Assembly: GCF_003231495.1 (NCBI RefSeq)
Contig: NZ_PQWO01000008.1
Span: 150,001-182,000, forward strand
Direction: 5' to 3'
From: Acaryochloris thomasi RCC1774
GTDB lineage: Bacteria > Cyanobacteriota > Cyanobacteriia > Thermosynechococcales > Thermosynechococcaceae
DNA length: 32,000 nucleotides
Within the stretch, counting starts at the first letter, position 1. The number at the start of each line of letters is the position of its first letter. Position numbers and translations under genes: made by a program. Positions 1 through 9,122 of the stretch are shown one piece after another. The notes beneath the pieces were generated by a model. It did no database searches. It worked only from the letters and a program-made list of their open reading frames with translations, and was not told the origin of the DNA.

Positions 1-20
1 TAGAGCAGGGCGATCTGCGC

Positions 21-257
21 ATGCGAGTCCGTTCTCAAGAAACAGATCGTATTCTTCGACGGCTCAGCTACACCGTGATGGGAACAAACTATGCTCTTCT
101 GATGGGAGCATTCATTCTCTCAGCCACTATTTTATTAGTTAACAAATACCTCTGGTTGGCAGGAATTGCGATATTCTTCTCTGGGGTCATTGGGATTGGC
201 TTTCTACGGATGATGAGACGTATTAACCGCTATGATCGCTACGAACGGATGCTCTAG
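21..257 (+). CDS. hypothetical small membrane protein
   Basis: 78-aa ATG ORF with two hydrophobic stretches (YALLMGAFILSATILLV, WLAGIAIFFSGVIGIGF) and a basic C-terminus. It lies 44 nt upstream of the PP2C gene on the same strand. No family recognised. Confidence 0.35.
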   Translation: MRVRSQETDRILRRLSYTVMGTNYALLMGAFILSATILLVNKYLWLAGIAIFFSGVIGIGFLRMMRRINRYDRYERML

Positions 258-301
258 ATTTTGACTGTAGGCCACCACACTATCAATAATTTGATTCGGG
301 T

Positions 302-1063
302 ATGAAACGCCAATTTTTTGGATTAAGTGATCAGGGATTGGTGAGATCTGCCAATCAAGACTCTTACTACATAGATGATCCAGAGGGTCGCTTTTTTATC
401 GTTGCTGATGGCATGGGCGGACATGCGGGAGGTGAGGAGGCCAGCCGGATTGCGACGGAGGCGATTCAGGATTACCTCTGTGCTCATTGGAGCACTCAGA
501 TTGAACCCACGACATTTCTCAGAGATATGCTTCTAGAAGCTAACCGGCATATCTTGGACAATCAGCAGGCTCATCCAGAACGCTCTGATATGGGCACAAC
601 AATTGTTGTCGTTATTTTTCCAGAGGCCGATCCGCCTTGGTGCGTCCATGTTGGCGACTCTCGGCTATATCGCCTTCGAGAGCAACAGCTTGAGCAAATT
701 ACAAAAGACCATACCTGGATTTCGCAGGCTGTAGGTTCAGGGTTATTAACGCCGGAGCAAGCCCGCGTCCATCCCTGGCGGCATGTGCTAGCCCAATGCT
801 TGGGCCGTGAAGAACTCAATCAGATTGATATTCAACCTCTCGATGTGCAGCAAGGAGATCGACTGCTTTTATGTAGCGATGGTCTAACCGAAGAGTTATC
901 AGATGACTTGATTTCGCCCTATCTCAGCAAAGACTATTCCTGCAGCCAAGCTGCTGAGGCACTGGTGGAGGCGGCAAAGGAAAAAGGAGGACAGGACAAC
1001 ATCACGGTCGTCATTGTTGAAATGGATGCATCTGTAGACGATTCTCCGTCAGACGAGGGCTAA
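302..1063 (+). CDS. PP2C-family Ser/Thr protein phosphatase
   Basis: 253 aa with PPM signatures: [37 protein letters not shown] and a C-terminal [12 protein letters not shown]. Confidence 0.9.
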   Translation: MKRQFFGLSDQGLVRSANQDSYYIDDPEGRFFIVADGMGGHAGGEEASRIATEAIQDYLCAHWSTQIEPTTFLRDMLLEANRHILDNQQAHPERSDMGTTIVVVIFPEADPPWCVHVGDSRLYRLREQQLEQITKDHTWISQAVGSGLLTPEQARVHPWRHVLAQCLGREELNQIDIQPLDVQQGDRLLLCSDGLTEELSDDLISPYLSKDYSCSQAAEALVEAAKEKGGQDNITVVIVEMDASVDDSPSDEG

Positions 1064-1113
1064 AGGAACGTCAGTATGAGGGCCGTAATGATCAGAGGCG
1101 GGTTACCCCTTCG

Positions 1114-1923
1114 TTAAATCGTGGCTCGAAGGAGACCTTGATTGAGCTTGCCGCTGCGAAAGCCCTCTAAATCAAGAGTAACGTAGACAAAGCCATAGCT
1201 CTGTAGAGCTTGGACCAGAGCAGGTACGTCGGTCCCAGTGACAAAGTCTTGAATCTGCTCTGCCGGTAATTCAATGCGGGCGGTATCGCCATGAGAGCGA
1301 ACCCGTAGCGTGCAGTGTCCCAAGTTGTGAAGATAGCGCTCTGCTTGCCCAACCCGCTGCAGCTTTTCTGCGGTGATCGTCTCACCATATGGAAATCGAG
1401 AGCTGAGACAGGGCTGTGCAGGCTTATCCCACCAAGGTAATTCAAGGAACCGAGCAAGTTGACGGACTTCTAGCTTTGTTAAGCCAACTTCAGCCAAGGG
1501 CGATCGCGTTCCTCGTTCCTTGGCTGCCTGGATTCCGGGCCGATAATCCTGCAGATCATCGGCGTTGACGCCATCAACCACATATTGATATCCCAACTGC
1601 TGCGCTAGGGGCTTTAGAGTATCGTACAGCTCACTTTTGCAAAAATAGCAGCGGTTGATCGGGTTAGCAGTGTAGTCGGGATTGTCCATTTCGTGGGTCT
1701 CGGTGACCCGGTGGAGAATGCCAATAGTTGCAGCCTGTGCTTTAGCGGCTTCAAGGTCTTCGGACAGCAGAGAAGGAGAAACAGCGGTGACGGCTAGAGC
1801 GCGGTCTCCCAAAACGTCGTGGGCGACTTTGGCCACTAAAGTACTGTCGATCCCTCCTGAGTATGCGACAAGGGCTCTGTCCATCTGAGAAAATATAGCC
1901 TGTAGCGGCTTGAGCTGCTGCAT
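1114..1923 (-). CDS. larE: LarE-like PP-loop ATP-dependent sulfur transferase (TIGR00268-type adenine nucleotide alpha hydrolase)
   Basis: PP-loop VAYSGGIDSTLVA, the NRCYFCK motif and a C-terminal RVRSHGDTARIE-type segment. The ORF track extends to a TTG at 1953; I prefer the ATG at 1923 (MQQLKPLQ...), which puts the SGGIDS motif about 20 aa from the start. Confidence 0.75.
   Translation of the reverse strand: MQQLKPLQAIFSQMDRALVAYSGGIDSTLVAKVAHDVLGDRALAVTAVSPSLLSEDLEAAKAQAATIGILHRVTETHEMDNPDYTANPINRCYFCKSELYDTLKPLAQQLGYQYVVDGVNADDLQDYRPGIQAAKERGTRSPLAEVGLTKLEVRQLARFLELPWWDKPAQPCLSSRFPYGETITAEKLQRVGQAERYLHNLGHCTLRVRSHGDTARIELPAEQIQDFVTGTDVPALVQALQSYGFVYVTLDLEGFRSGKLNQGLLRATI
1500..1507. repeat. 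HIP1 octamer GCGATCGC (one representative of at least 18 perfect copies)
   Basis: Perfect copies start at 1500, 2528, 3690, 5771, 6555, 8432, 13153, 14886, 16274, 17476, 19744, 20379, 22112, 24709, 25159, 25999, 29304 and 29529. Confidence 0.9.
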
Positions 1924-2037
1924 GAAAACGTGATTTTTTGAGCGACGATCCAACTACAGCCTAGCGAACTTTATGGCAGTTCATGTCTCACGGAGGTCTA
2001 TGATAGAATCGGTGTTTGCAAATTCCACAAATAATCT

Positions 2038-2307
2038 ATGGCACTGCTCCAAGCTCGTAAACAAGAAATCATCGAAGGCTACCAGATTCACGAGACCGAT
2101 ACCGGGTCAGCAGATGTTCAGGTGGCAATGCTGACCGACCGGATCAGCAAGCTCAGTGAACATCTAAAGGTCAATAAGAAGGATCACGCTTCTCGTCGTG
2201 GTCTCCTAAAGATGATTGGTAAGCGGAAACGCTTACTGGCCTATATCAACAAGCGCGATGCGGTTCATTATCGTGAACTCATCAAGCGTTTGGGTATTCG
2301 AGGATAA
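2038..2307 (+). CDS. rpsO: 30S ribosomal protein S15
   Basis: 89 aa: [70 protein letters not shown]..., a full-length S15 pattern. Confidence 0.95.
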   Translation: MALLQARKQEIIEGYQIHETDTGSADVQVAMLTDRISKLSEHLKVNKKDHASRRGLLKMIGKRKRLLAYINKRDAVHYRELIKRLGIRG

Positions 2308-2325
2308 CGAAGGGAAGGACTTCTC

Positions 2326-2817
2326 ATGGCAGCTAACTCTAAAGACGATGGTAGTTCAGCAGCAGGTTTCGCCACAGATGCTGAGCCAACTGTTGCTGAG
2401 AAGAAAAAGAAGCCTCGCCTAGATGCTCCTAAGAAAGCGTCTAAGAAAAAGAAGGAAAAGAAAGCGCCGAGGCGTTTGCCCACGCGTAAAGCAGAAAATG
2501 CGCAGTCGGCAATCCCGAAAGTAGTCAGCGATCGCATGGTGAAGCGTGTGCTGGTCATCTCTGGCATCCCTTCTATTTTGGCGTTTGGCGTTTTCCCGTT
2601 TAGCTACTACGCATCCTTACAGGGCTGGGTTTCTCTGCCTCCCTTTGTGACACTTGCTGCCAGCGTTACCTGTCTGACGCTGGGGTTGGGTGGCATTAGC
2701 TATGGTGTTTTGTCGGCATCTTGGGACGAAGACATTGAAGGCAGTGCTGCGGGTCTGAAAGAATTTAAGCTCAATTTGGGTCGCTTGAAAGATTCACGAA
2801 AAGCCCAGAAAGGGTAA
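2326..2817 (+). CDS. PAM68-like (DUF3464) photosystem II assembly factor
   Basis: 163 aa. Lys-rich N-terminus, then IPKVVSDRMVKRVLVISGIP, two TM helices and GISYGVLSASWDEDIEGS...EFKLNLGR. This is the pattern I recall for Sll0933/PAM68. A GAAGGGAAGG ribosome-binding site lies upstream. Confidence 0.75.
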   Translation: MAANSKDDGSSAAGFATDAEPTVAEKKKKPRLDAPKKASKKKKEKKAPRRLPTRKAENAQSAIPKVVSDRMVKRVLVISGIPSILAFGVFPFSYYASLQGWVSLPPFVTLAASVTCLTLGLGGISYGVLSASWDEDIEGSAAGLKEFKLNLGRLKDSRKAQKG

Positions 2818-2892
2818 TCGAGAGCCAGCGGGCGAAAGGATCGAAAAACTCTTAGACTGGGGAAGTAACCCCGAGTCATTGGAGCGATTTTC

Positions 2893-3954
2893 ATGATCAT
2901 TGTTATGAAATCCGGCACCCCTAAGCCAGAGATTCAACGCATTGACCAAGAAATGAAGGATCGGGGTCTTACGCCTGAGCCGATCATTGGTCGCCATAAA
3001 GTGGTGATTGGGTTAGTGGGTGAAACTCGGGAACTCGACCCAGATCATCTGCAGGATTTGAGTCCGTGGATTGAGAAGGTTCTCCGGGTAGAGAAGCCCT
3101 ATAAGCGTGTCAGTCGTGAGTTTCGACACGGTGAGGCGAGTGAGGTTGCTGTACCGACACCCAACGGAACTGTTTATTTCGGAGAGCAGCACCCGCTGGT
3201 TCTGGTGGCGGGTCCCTGCTCGGTGGAAAATGAGGACATGATTGTGGAGGTGGCCCAGCGCGTCAAGGCTGCTGGGGCGTCTTTTCTGCGCGGTGGTGCC
3301 TACAAGCCTCGAACCTCTCCCTATTCTTTTCAGGGACATGGTGAGAGTGCGCTGGACCTATTGGCTGCAGCCCGAGAAAAAACGGGCTTAGGAATCATGA
3401 CTGAGGTGATGGATACGGCCGATCTTGAGGTAGTGGCAGAGGTAGCAGATGTCGTGCAGGTGGGGGCGCGCAATATGCATAACTTTGCGCTGCTGAAAAA
3501 GGTCGGGGCACAGGATAAGCCTGTTTTACTGAAGCGGGGAATCTCAGCCACGATTGAGGAGTGGTTGATGGCGGCTGAGTATATTATGGCGGCGGGAAAT
3601 CCCAATGTTATTCTCTGCGAGCGAGGTATTCGCTCTTTTGATCGTCAGTACACTCGCAATACACTTGATCTGGCGGTGGTACCAGTGTTGCGATCGCAAA
3701 CCCATCTCCCGATCATGATTGACCCTAGCCACGGAACCGGCTGGGCAGACTTAGTCCCATCAATGGCGAAAGCCGCCATTGCCGCAGGAACAGACTCATT
3801 GATGATTGAAGTTCACCCAGACCCGGCAAAAGCATTATCTGATGGCCCTCAGTCCTTAACCCCAGATCAGTTCGACCAGCTAACACAGGAATTGAGCATA
3901 CTGGGTAAAGTAATGAACCGCTGGCCTCAAGAGGCTATGGTTCAGCAGGCTTAG
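2893..3954 (+). CDS. aroF: 3-deoxy-7-phosphoheptulonate (DAHP) synthase, type I-beta with N-terminal regulatory domain
   Basis: 353 aa with GPCSVENEDM, LRGGAYKPRTSPYSFQG, LLKRG and MIDPSHGTG motifs. A roughly 75-aa ferredoxin-like N-terminal extension resembles Thermotoga-type enzymes. Confidence 0.9.
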   Translation: MIIVMKSGTPKPEIQRIDQEMKDRGLTPEPIIGRHKVVIGLVGETRELDPDHLQDLSPWIEKVLRVEKPYKRVSREFRHGEASEVAVPTPNGTVYFGEQHPLVLVAGPCSVENEDMIVEVAQRVKAAGASFLRGGAYKPRTSPYSFQGHGESALDLLAAAREKTGLGIMTEVMDTADLEVVAEVADVVQVGARNMHNFALLKKVGAQDKPVLLKRGISATIEEWLMAAEYIMAAGNPNVILCERGIRSFDRQYTRNTLDLAVVPVLRSQTHLPIMIDPSHGTGWADLVPSMAKAAIAAGTDSLMIEVHPDPAKALSDGPQSLTPDQFDQLTQELSILGKVMNRWPQEAMVQQA

Positions 3955-4288
3955 GCGTCTCGGGTGTCGCCTCTGGCCCACCAAAGTCCTGCTGCTGTTG
4001 CTGACGGAAAGCATCAACAGCTTCATTGAAGCTCTCGTTTTGCTCTTCAGCAAACTCACTGGCACTCCGACCACCCGCCTGCTGAAGGCGATTCATGAGA
4101 TCCAGCAATGACGATCCGGTTGCCCGATCCGAGAACAAATCACTAGCGTCGTCGGAGTCGTTCTGCTCAAAAATCGGCCGCTGGGGCGACTGCAGATCGG
4201 TGGAGGTCTGAGCGATGGCCTGAGCGTCGATGACAGCGACCGTACAGCTACAGAATAAAGCGATTGAAAGAGCAGGTTGAAAGCGCAT
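3935..4288 (-). CDS. hypothetical secreted acidic/Gln-rich protein
   Basis: 117 aa. Signal-peptide-like N-terminus MRFQPALSIALFCSCTVAVIDAQA, then a low-complexity acidic body and a Pro-rich tail. The 3' end overlaps the aroF 3' end by 20 nt (convergent). Confidence 0.5.
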   Translation of the reverse strand: MRFQPALSIALFCSCTVAVIDAQAIAQTSTDLQSPQRPIFEQNDSDDASDLFSDRATGSSLLDLMNRLQQAGGRSASEFAEEQNESFNEAVDAFRQQQQQDFGGPEATPETPKPAEP

Positions 4289-4481
4289 TACGATGTTCTC
4301 AAAAAGGTGGGGGTTGGACGATCTGCTGAAGTCAGAAAGCTCAAAGTCTCTATCTGAGGCAGTTCAGCGGTCAGTTCGTTGTCTGCGAGACGATTAGGCA
4401 TGGAAAATTTGACTTTATTGTAAGCCAAAAAGTTTCTGCTGTTTCTAATCTGCTCGACAAAATGGCAGAGTTGCCCCTCAG

Positions 4482-5213
4482 ATGGGGAGTCCTAAGAATA
4501 CGGACAATTATCCCTGGGGGACACTATCATTAATGCAGTCACAACAACCTTTCATTCAGGACCCGCCTGTGGCAGATGTGCCTCATCAAGGTCCACGACG
4601 TTTTCTCCCTGGATTTGTTCGCCGTTTGTCTTCTTCAACTCAGTTAGAACTTACATCCCGGCAGCCGACACACTTTCGGAGTGACTTTGTCGGCTGTATG
4701 GACCTACATGCCAATCCACAAACAGTAGCTGAGTATCTAGATCAGCATCCTGAGTGGTTTGTGCGCTGTGCAGCTCCAATTCAGGCGATTCCTGAAGGTG
4801 ATAGCGGTTATATTCTTTCGTTAGGGCGCTATGGTTCTTTTGGGTTTGAAGTTGAACCCAAGATTGGCCTTAACCTACTGCCTCAGGATGAGGGCATTTA
4901 CCGGATTGAGACCATCACGCTACCGGATGAGGCAGAGCAAACCTATCTTGTAGATTTCCAGGCAGCACTGCAGCTCGTCGATACGCCTGAGGTCGCTAGC
5001 CCTCAGCAGGGGATTTTGACAAAGGTGGAGTGGGTACTAGATCTAGGGGTAACGCTGTTTTTCCCGCGCTTTATCCATCGACTCCCTGCACAGCTGATTC
5101 AGCGCACGGGTGATCGGCTGCTCAACCAGGTCGTCAAGAAGATTTCAACGTCCTTGACAGCCAAGGTTCAAGACGACTTCCATCAGTCCCACGGCATTAT
5201 TCCTGCAAAGTAG
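4482..5213 (+). CDS. DUF1997-like protein
   Basis: 243-aa ORF. The pattern AEYLDQHPEWFVRCAAP...GFEVEPKIGLNL...VEWVLDLGVTLFFPRFIHRLPAQLIQRTGDRLLNQVVKKISTSLTAKVQDDF matches my recollection of the cyanobacterial/plant DUF1997 family. The true start may be internal (for example MQSQQP). Confidence 0.55.
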   Translation: MGSPKNTDNYPWGTLSLMQSQQPFIQDPPVADVPHQGPRRFLPGFVRRLSSSTQLELTSRQPTHFRSDFVGCMDLHANPQTVAEYLDQHPEWFVRCAAPIQAIPEGDSGYILSLGRYGSFGFEVEPKIGLNLLPQDEGIYRIETITLPDEAEQTYLVDFQAALQLVDTPEVASPQQGILTKVEWVLDLGVTLFFPRFIHRLPAQLIQRTGDRLLNQVVKKISTSLTAKVQDDFHQSHGIIPAK

Positions 5214-5317
5214 GCAGTAGGCGAATGACTGTATCCCTACGATCTTGACGGCAGCGAGGAGGCTCGAAACGCTGGAGAGTGACAAGCTCTCGCCTCTGTA
5301 GGGATCAAGCAGCAGCC

Positions 5318-6073
5318 ATGACCTCAAAGCCGATCTCCCTGTCGCTGCGGTTACGGGAACTTGCCCAGGTTTTTCTGAAGCTGGGAACCCTGGGTTTTGG
5401 CGGTCCGCAGGCCCATAGTGCCATGGCTAATGATGAAGCGGTGGTGCGGCGGCAGTGGCTGACAGCGGAGCAGTTCACGGAGGGATTGGCGGTCTGCGAG
5501 ATTTTGCCGGGTCCGGCTTCGACGCAGATGGGTATCTATATTGGCTACGTACGAGCCGGACAGATAGGAGCTTTTGTGGCCGGTCTTTGCTTCATTGCCC
5601 CTGCTTTTCTGATTGTGGTGATGCTTTCCTGGGGCTATTTTCGCTTTCAGGGGGTACTGCAGCTAGATGATTTATTTCTGGGGATCTCCCCAGTGGTGAC
5701 GGCGATTATTCTGGCTTTTTGCTGGAAGCTGGGTAAAAAGACGATTGAGGATGGTTGGCGGATGGGAGTTGCGATCGCAACTTTCCTGATCACCACCTTC
5801 ACCTCCATCAACGTCCTGCTACAGTTCATCGGTGCAGGGTTATTGGGCCTGTGGATATTTCACCCTCCTGCACGCTCTCGACTGAGCCTAATCTTGCCAC
5901 CCATCTGCCTGGAAACCTCGCCCACCACACCCCTTGCGCTCTCAAGCTTTTGGGGACTGGAGCGCATTGACGAATTAAACACCCACTTGGCAGCTCATTT
6001 TTGCAGGAGCAGCTCTCGGTCTTCTAGTAGGGATACTGCCCATTCGCTAACGGTCTGTTGGAACGCGCTATGA
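5318..6073 (+). CDS. chrA: chromate transporter (CHR) family protein, single half-domain, possibly truncated
   Basis: CHR motifs FLKLGTLGFGGPQAH...WLTAEQFTEGLAVCEILPGPASTQMGIYIGY followed by TM helices for about 185 aa. After that comes a roughly 60-aa non-membrane-like tail (..RSSSRSSSRDTAHS..). No second CHR half follows. I prefer the ATG at 5318 over the GTG at 5279. Confidence 0.6.
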   Translation: MTSKPISLSLRLRELAQVFLKLGTLGFGGPQAHSAMANDEAVVRRQWLTAEQFTEGLAVCEILPGPASTQMGIYIGYVRAGQIGAFVAGLCFIAPAFLIVVMLSWGYFRFQGVLQLDDLFLGISPVVTAIILAFCWKLGKKTIEDGWRMGVAIATFLITTFTSINVLLQFIGAGLLGLWIFHPPARSRLSLILPPICLETSPTTPLALSSFWGLERIDELNTHLAAHFCRSSSRSSSRDTAHSLTVCWNAL

Positions 6074-6115
6074 TGCAGCTAAAATCGCTAGAGATTGGAT
6101 TTTAGGAGCTGAGCG

Positions 6116-6223
6116 GTGGTCAAAATTGTCAGTCGCAAATCACTAGGGATACAGCCCGTCTACGACCTCGGACTGGCACAAGATCATAATTTTTTAATTG
6201 CAGATGGATGGCTAGCCTCTAAC
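6116..6223 (+). other. dnaE: DnaE split-intein C-terminal fragment (IntC, 36 codons) preceding the +1 extein Cys
   Basis: MVKIVSRKSLGIQPVYDLGLAQDHNFLIADGWLASN is followed directly by CFNKSHSTAYGY. This is the same layout as the known cyanobacterial DnaE IntC fragments (..DHNF....ASN|CFN). GTG start. Confidence 0.85.
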
Positions 6224-7459
6224 TGCTTTAACAAATCTCACTCCACCGCTTACGGCTACGTTACCTATCAGACCGCCTACCTAAAAGCTAATTATCCCGT
6301 TGAGTACATGGCAGCGCTGCTCACGGCCAACAGTGGCGATCAGGACAAGGTGCAGCGCTATATTGCCACCTGCATCAATATGGGGATTGAAGTGGAGCCT
6401 CCCGATATCAATCGCTCCGGTGTTGACTTCACCCCTCTAGAAAAAAATATCTTGTTCGGTCTTTCTGCCGTTCGCAATGTTGGCCAGGGGGCCATTGAGG
6501 CGCTTATTGAATCTCGGGAAGAGGGTGGCCCGTTTGTATCTTTAGCCGATATTTGCGATCGCATCGACTCCCGCGTCGTCAACCGCCGCGCCCTAGAAGC
6601 ATTAATCCACAGCGGCGGCTTTGATGAACTAGAGCCAAATCGCCATCAGCTCGTCAAAGATTTAGAGCTAATTCTGGAATGGGCCCAGTCCCGCGCCAAG
6701 GATCGCGCCATTGGCCAAGGCAATCTGTTTGACGTCATGAGCAGCGTTGCGGAAGCCCCTGCAGCCTACGAATCTGCCCCCAAAGCGCCCCCCATCGAAG
6801 ACTACCCAGAATCGGACAAGTTGCGCCTAGAGAAAGAAATCCTTGGCTTCTATATCTCAAACCATCCGCTGCGCGAAGTGGAGCGTCCCGCTCGCCTAAT
6901 GGCCCCCATTAGTCTGGCGAACCTAGAAGAGCAACCCGAAAACACCACCGTCAGCGCCATTGTCCTGCTCACTGAAGTGAAGCCCATTATCACGAAGAAA
7001 GGCGATCGGATGGCCATTGTTCAGGCCGAAGACCTGACCGGCAAAGCTGAGGGAGTCGTTTTCCCCAAGAGCTTTGAGCGTATTGGAGAGCATATTGAAA
7101 CCGACCTACGTCTAATGATTTGGGGTAAAGTAGACCGCCGGGATGACCGCATCCAGTTGATTATCGAAGATGCAGAACCCATTGAAGAAGTTCGGTTTGT
7201 GATGGTTGAGATCCCCGCCCAAGATGCAGGTAATATCCAGCGGCAGCAGCAACTACGCGACCTCCTGCGCCAGCAGTCCGGCGAAGGTTTCGGCGGCGCC
7301 AAGGTCTCTGTGGTTGCCAAAATTCAAGGACAGCACCAAAGTCAGTTAGTGCGCCTCGGCCCCCAGTTTCGCGTCCAAGATGAGCGAGCTGCCGTCCATG
7401 CTCTGTCCCAGGCCGGGTTCCAAGCCCAGTCTTCTGGGCTTCTAAACGCGACCGCATAG
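6116..7459 (+). CDS. dnaE: DNA polymerase III alpha subunit, C-terminal half (dnaE-c) with N-terminal IntC
   Basis: 447 aa. After IntC the extein reads CFNKSHSTAYGYVTYQTAYLKANYPVEYMAALLT... (Pol III alpha fingers/beta-binding region), followed by an OB-fold region. No N-terminal PHP/palm half is present in the window. Confidence 0.9.
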   Translation: MVKIVSRKSLGIQPVYDLGLAQDHNFLIADGWLASNCFNKSHSTAYGYVTYQTAYLKANYPVEYMAALLTANSGDQDKVQRYIATCINMGIEVEPPDINRSGVDFTPLEKNILFGLSAVRNVGQGAIEALIESREEGGPFVSLADICDRIDSRVVNRRALEALIHSGGFDELEPNRHQLVKDLELILEWAQSRAKDRAIGQGNLFDVMSSVAEAPAAYESAPKAPPIEDYPESDKLRLEKEILGFYISNHPLREVERPARLMAPISLANLEEQPENTTVSAIVLLTEVKPIITKKGDRMAIVQAEDLTGKAEGVVFPKSFERIGEHIETDLRLMIWGKVDRRDDRIQLIIEDAEPIEEVRFVMVEIPAQDAGNIQRQQQLRDLLRQQSGEGFGGAKVSVVAKIQGQHQSQLVRLGPQFRVQDERAAVHALSQAGFQAQSSGLLNATA

Positions 7460-7500
7460 ACCTGCGTCAAGCGCAGCGGGATAGCAGCAATGACAGCCCC

Positions 7501-8508
7501 CTAAGCCGGTAGGTATCCCAAGGCGTCTTTCACCTGCCGGAGCGTTTCATCAGCAACCGATTCAGCCTGTTCTTGCCCCTGCTTTAAGACAGTCTTGAGA
7601 TGGGATTTATCTTGGGTTAGGTCTGCATATCGCTCTTGAATCGGACGGAGAGCCTCAATCGTCGTCTCAGTCAAAAGCGGCTTGAATTGTCCCCAGCCCA
7701 TTTCAGCGCATTCGGTGGCAACGGTCTCCTTCGTTTGCCCAGAAAGAAGCTGATAGAGGGTCAGCAAGTTGTGACATTCTGGACGTTCCGGGTCATCAAA
7801 GGTCAACCCTCGAACCGGATCGGTTTTACATTTTTTGATCTTCTTCTTAATCTCGTCGGGGGAATCGAGCAGGTTGATGCGGCTCAGTTCTGACGGATCT
7901 GATTTGGACATTTTACGGGTGCCATCAGTTAGACTCATCACTCGTGCCCCAGAGGTTTGAATCAAGGGCTCTGGCACCTTAAGAATGGGATGATCTTCGC
8001 TGCCGTACTGAAAATTGACCCGAGCGGCAATATCTCGCGTCAGCTCTAAATGCTGCTTTTGATCTTCTCCCACCGGCACTAAATCAGCCTGGTAGAGCAG
8101 AATATCGGCAGCCTGCAGCACCGGGTAGTCTAAAAGTCCAATGCTGACGTTATCGCCTTGCTTGATCGCTTTTTCTTTGAACTGAATCATGCGCTCTAGC
8201 CAGTTGAGAGGCGTAAGGCAGTTCAGGAGCCAAGCTAATTCGGCATGGGCTTTAACGTGGGACTGAACAAAAATATGGGTGTGTTTTGAGTCCAAACCAC
8301 ACGACAAATAAAGCGCAGCCAGAGATTCTGTATTAGCAGCCAATACCTTTGGATCATGAGGAACGGTAATGGCGTGTAGATCAGCAATAAAAAAGAAGTT
8401 TTCATACTGCTGCTGTTGGTCGACCCAGTTTGCGATCGCACCTAAATAATTGCCTAAATGTGGCGTACCGGTGGGCTGCACCCCAGAAAGAACCCGTTGC
8501 TTACTCAT
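7501..8508 (-). CDS. trpS: tryptophan--tRNA ligase
   Basis: 335 aa class I aaRS: GVQPTGTPHLGNYLG (HIGH-type) and KMSKS motifs, with length and pattern typical of TrpRS. Confidence 0.95.
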   Translation of the reverse strand: MSKQRVLSGVQPTGTPHLGNYLGAIANWVDQQQQYENFFFIADLHAITVPHDPKVLAANTESLAALYLSCGLDSKHTHIFVQSHVKAHAELAWLLNCLTPLNWLERMIQFKEKAIKQGDNVSIGLLDYPVLQAADILLYQADLVPVGEDQKQHLELTRDIAARVNFQYGSEDHPILKVPEPLIQTSGARVMSLTDGTRKMSKSDPSELSRINLLDSPDEIKKKIKKCKTDPVRGLTFDDPERPECHNLLTLYQLLSGQTKETVATECAEMGWGQFKPLLTETTIEALRPIQERYADLTQDKSHLKTVLKQGQEQAESVADETLRQVKDALGYLPA

Positions 8509-8868
8509 GCCATCCCTAAGTTGCTACGTCAATTTTGAGTGATTAAACACACAGGCTATCTAGTGTAAGCCAGCACGGACAAGCCTTTTGAAGTGAGCCA
8601 GATATTTGCAATGGCTGCAACGCTCCGCATTTACACCTAAATAATCCTCTATGTCTACAGCGAACTTCAGCATATCCTCGGTTAAATCTTGCTATTTTGG
8701 CCGTTATTGTTGGGTTATTGGGCTGTCATACCCCCCGCATATAGCCCATACTAAGTCCCCGAAAGGGCAACTCGTTCCGAAAGGGCAAGGCGCAAACTAG
8801 CAGACCTAAAAACCATCTAGGGGTATGGATGCTGCTAGTTCCGAAGGGACTTTACTTACTACAGCAGT

Positions 8869-8905
8869 GACCTCTGTTCTACGAGCAGGGGTCATTTTGC
8901 TTTGT
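8869..8905 (+). terminator. orphan rho-independent-terminator-like hairpin in the trpS / PEP-CTERM intergenic region
   Basis: gacctctg (8869-8876) pairs with caggggtc (8886-8893): 8 bp including one G-U pair, with a 9-nt loop, followed by attttgctttgt. No annotated + strand gene lies upstream of it. Confidence 0.35.
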
Positions 8906-9122
8906 GGGAACTTTTATAAGTCTCTTCAGGCCTGGGACAGCTTTTGTAAAAAAATTATTAATTACCACCCCAAAACTACTGACCTTTGAGGGAAGAGTAT
9001 GTTACGTTGTCGGCTAGCGGTGTCTTAATTTATCGAATATTTCACAATTCTCGATAGATCGCTTAAGATGTTGTGATATTTAAGTATTGTTGTGGGGGGA
9101 GTCTCTGGAGATTGATGGGTTC

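Noticed and set aside
3935-3954. 20-nt convergent overlap of the aroF and secreted-protein gene 3' ends
   Set aside because: The overlap is real, but short convergent overlaps are common and nothing further (hairpin, conservation) suggests a regulatory role.
8670-8745. Lipoprotein-like frame reading ..LAILAVIVGLLGC (lipobox-like LLGC) in the trpS upstream region
   Set aside because: There is no usable start codon upstream in that frame (only a TTG that would leave about 15 aa), and the frame stops 6 codons after the Cys. Most likely chance.
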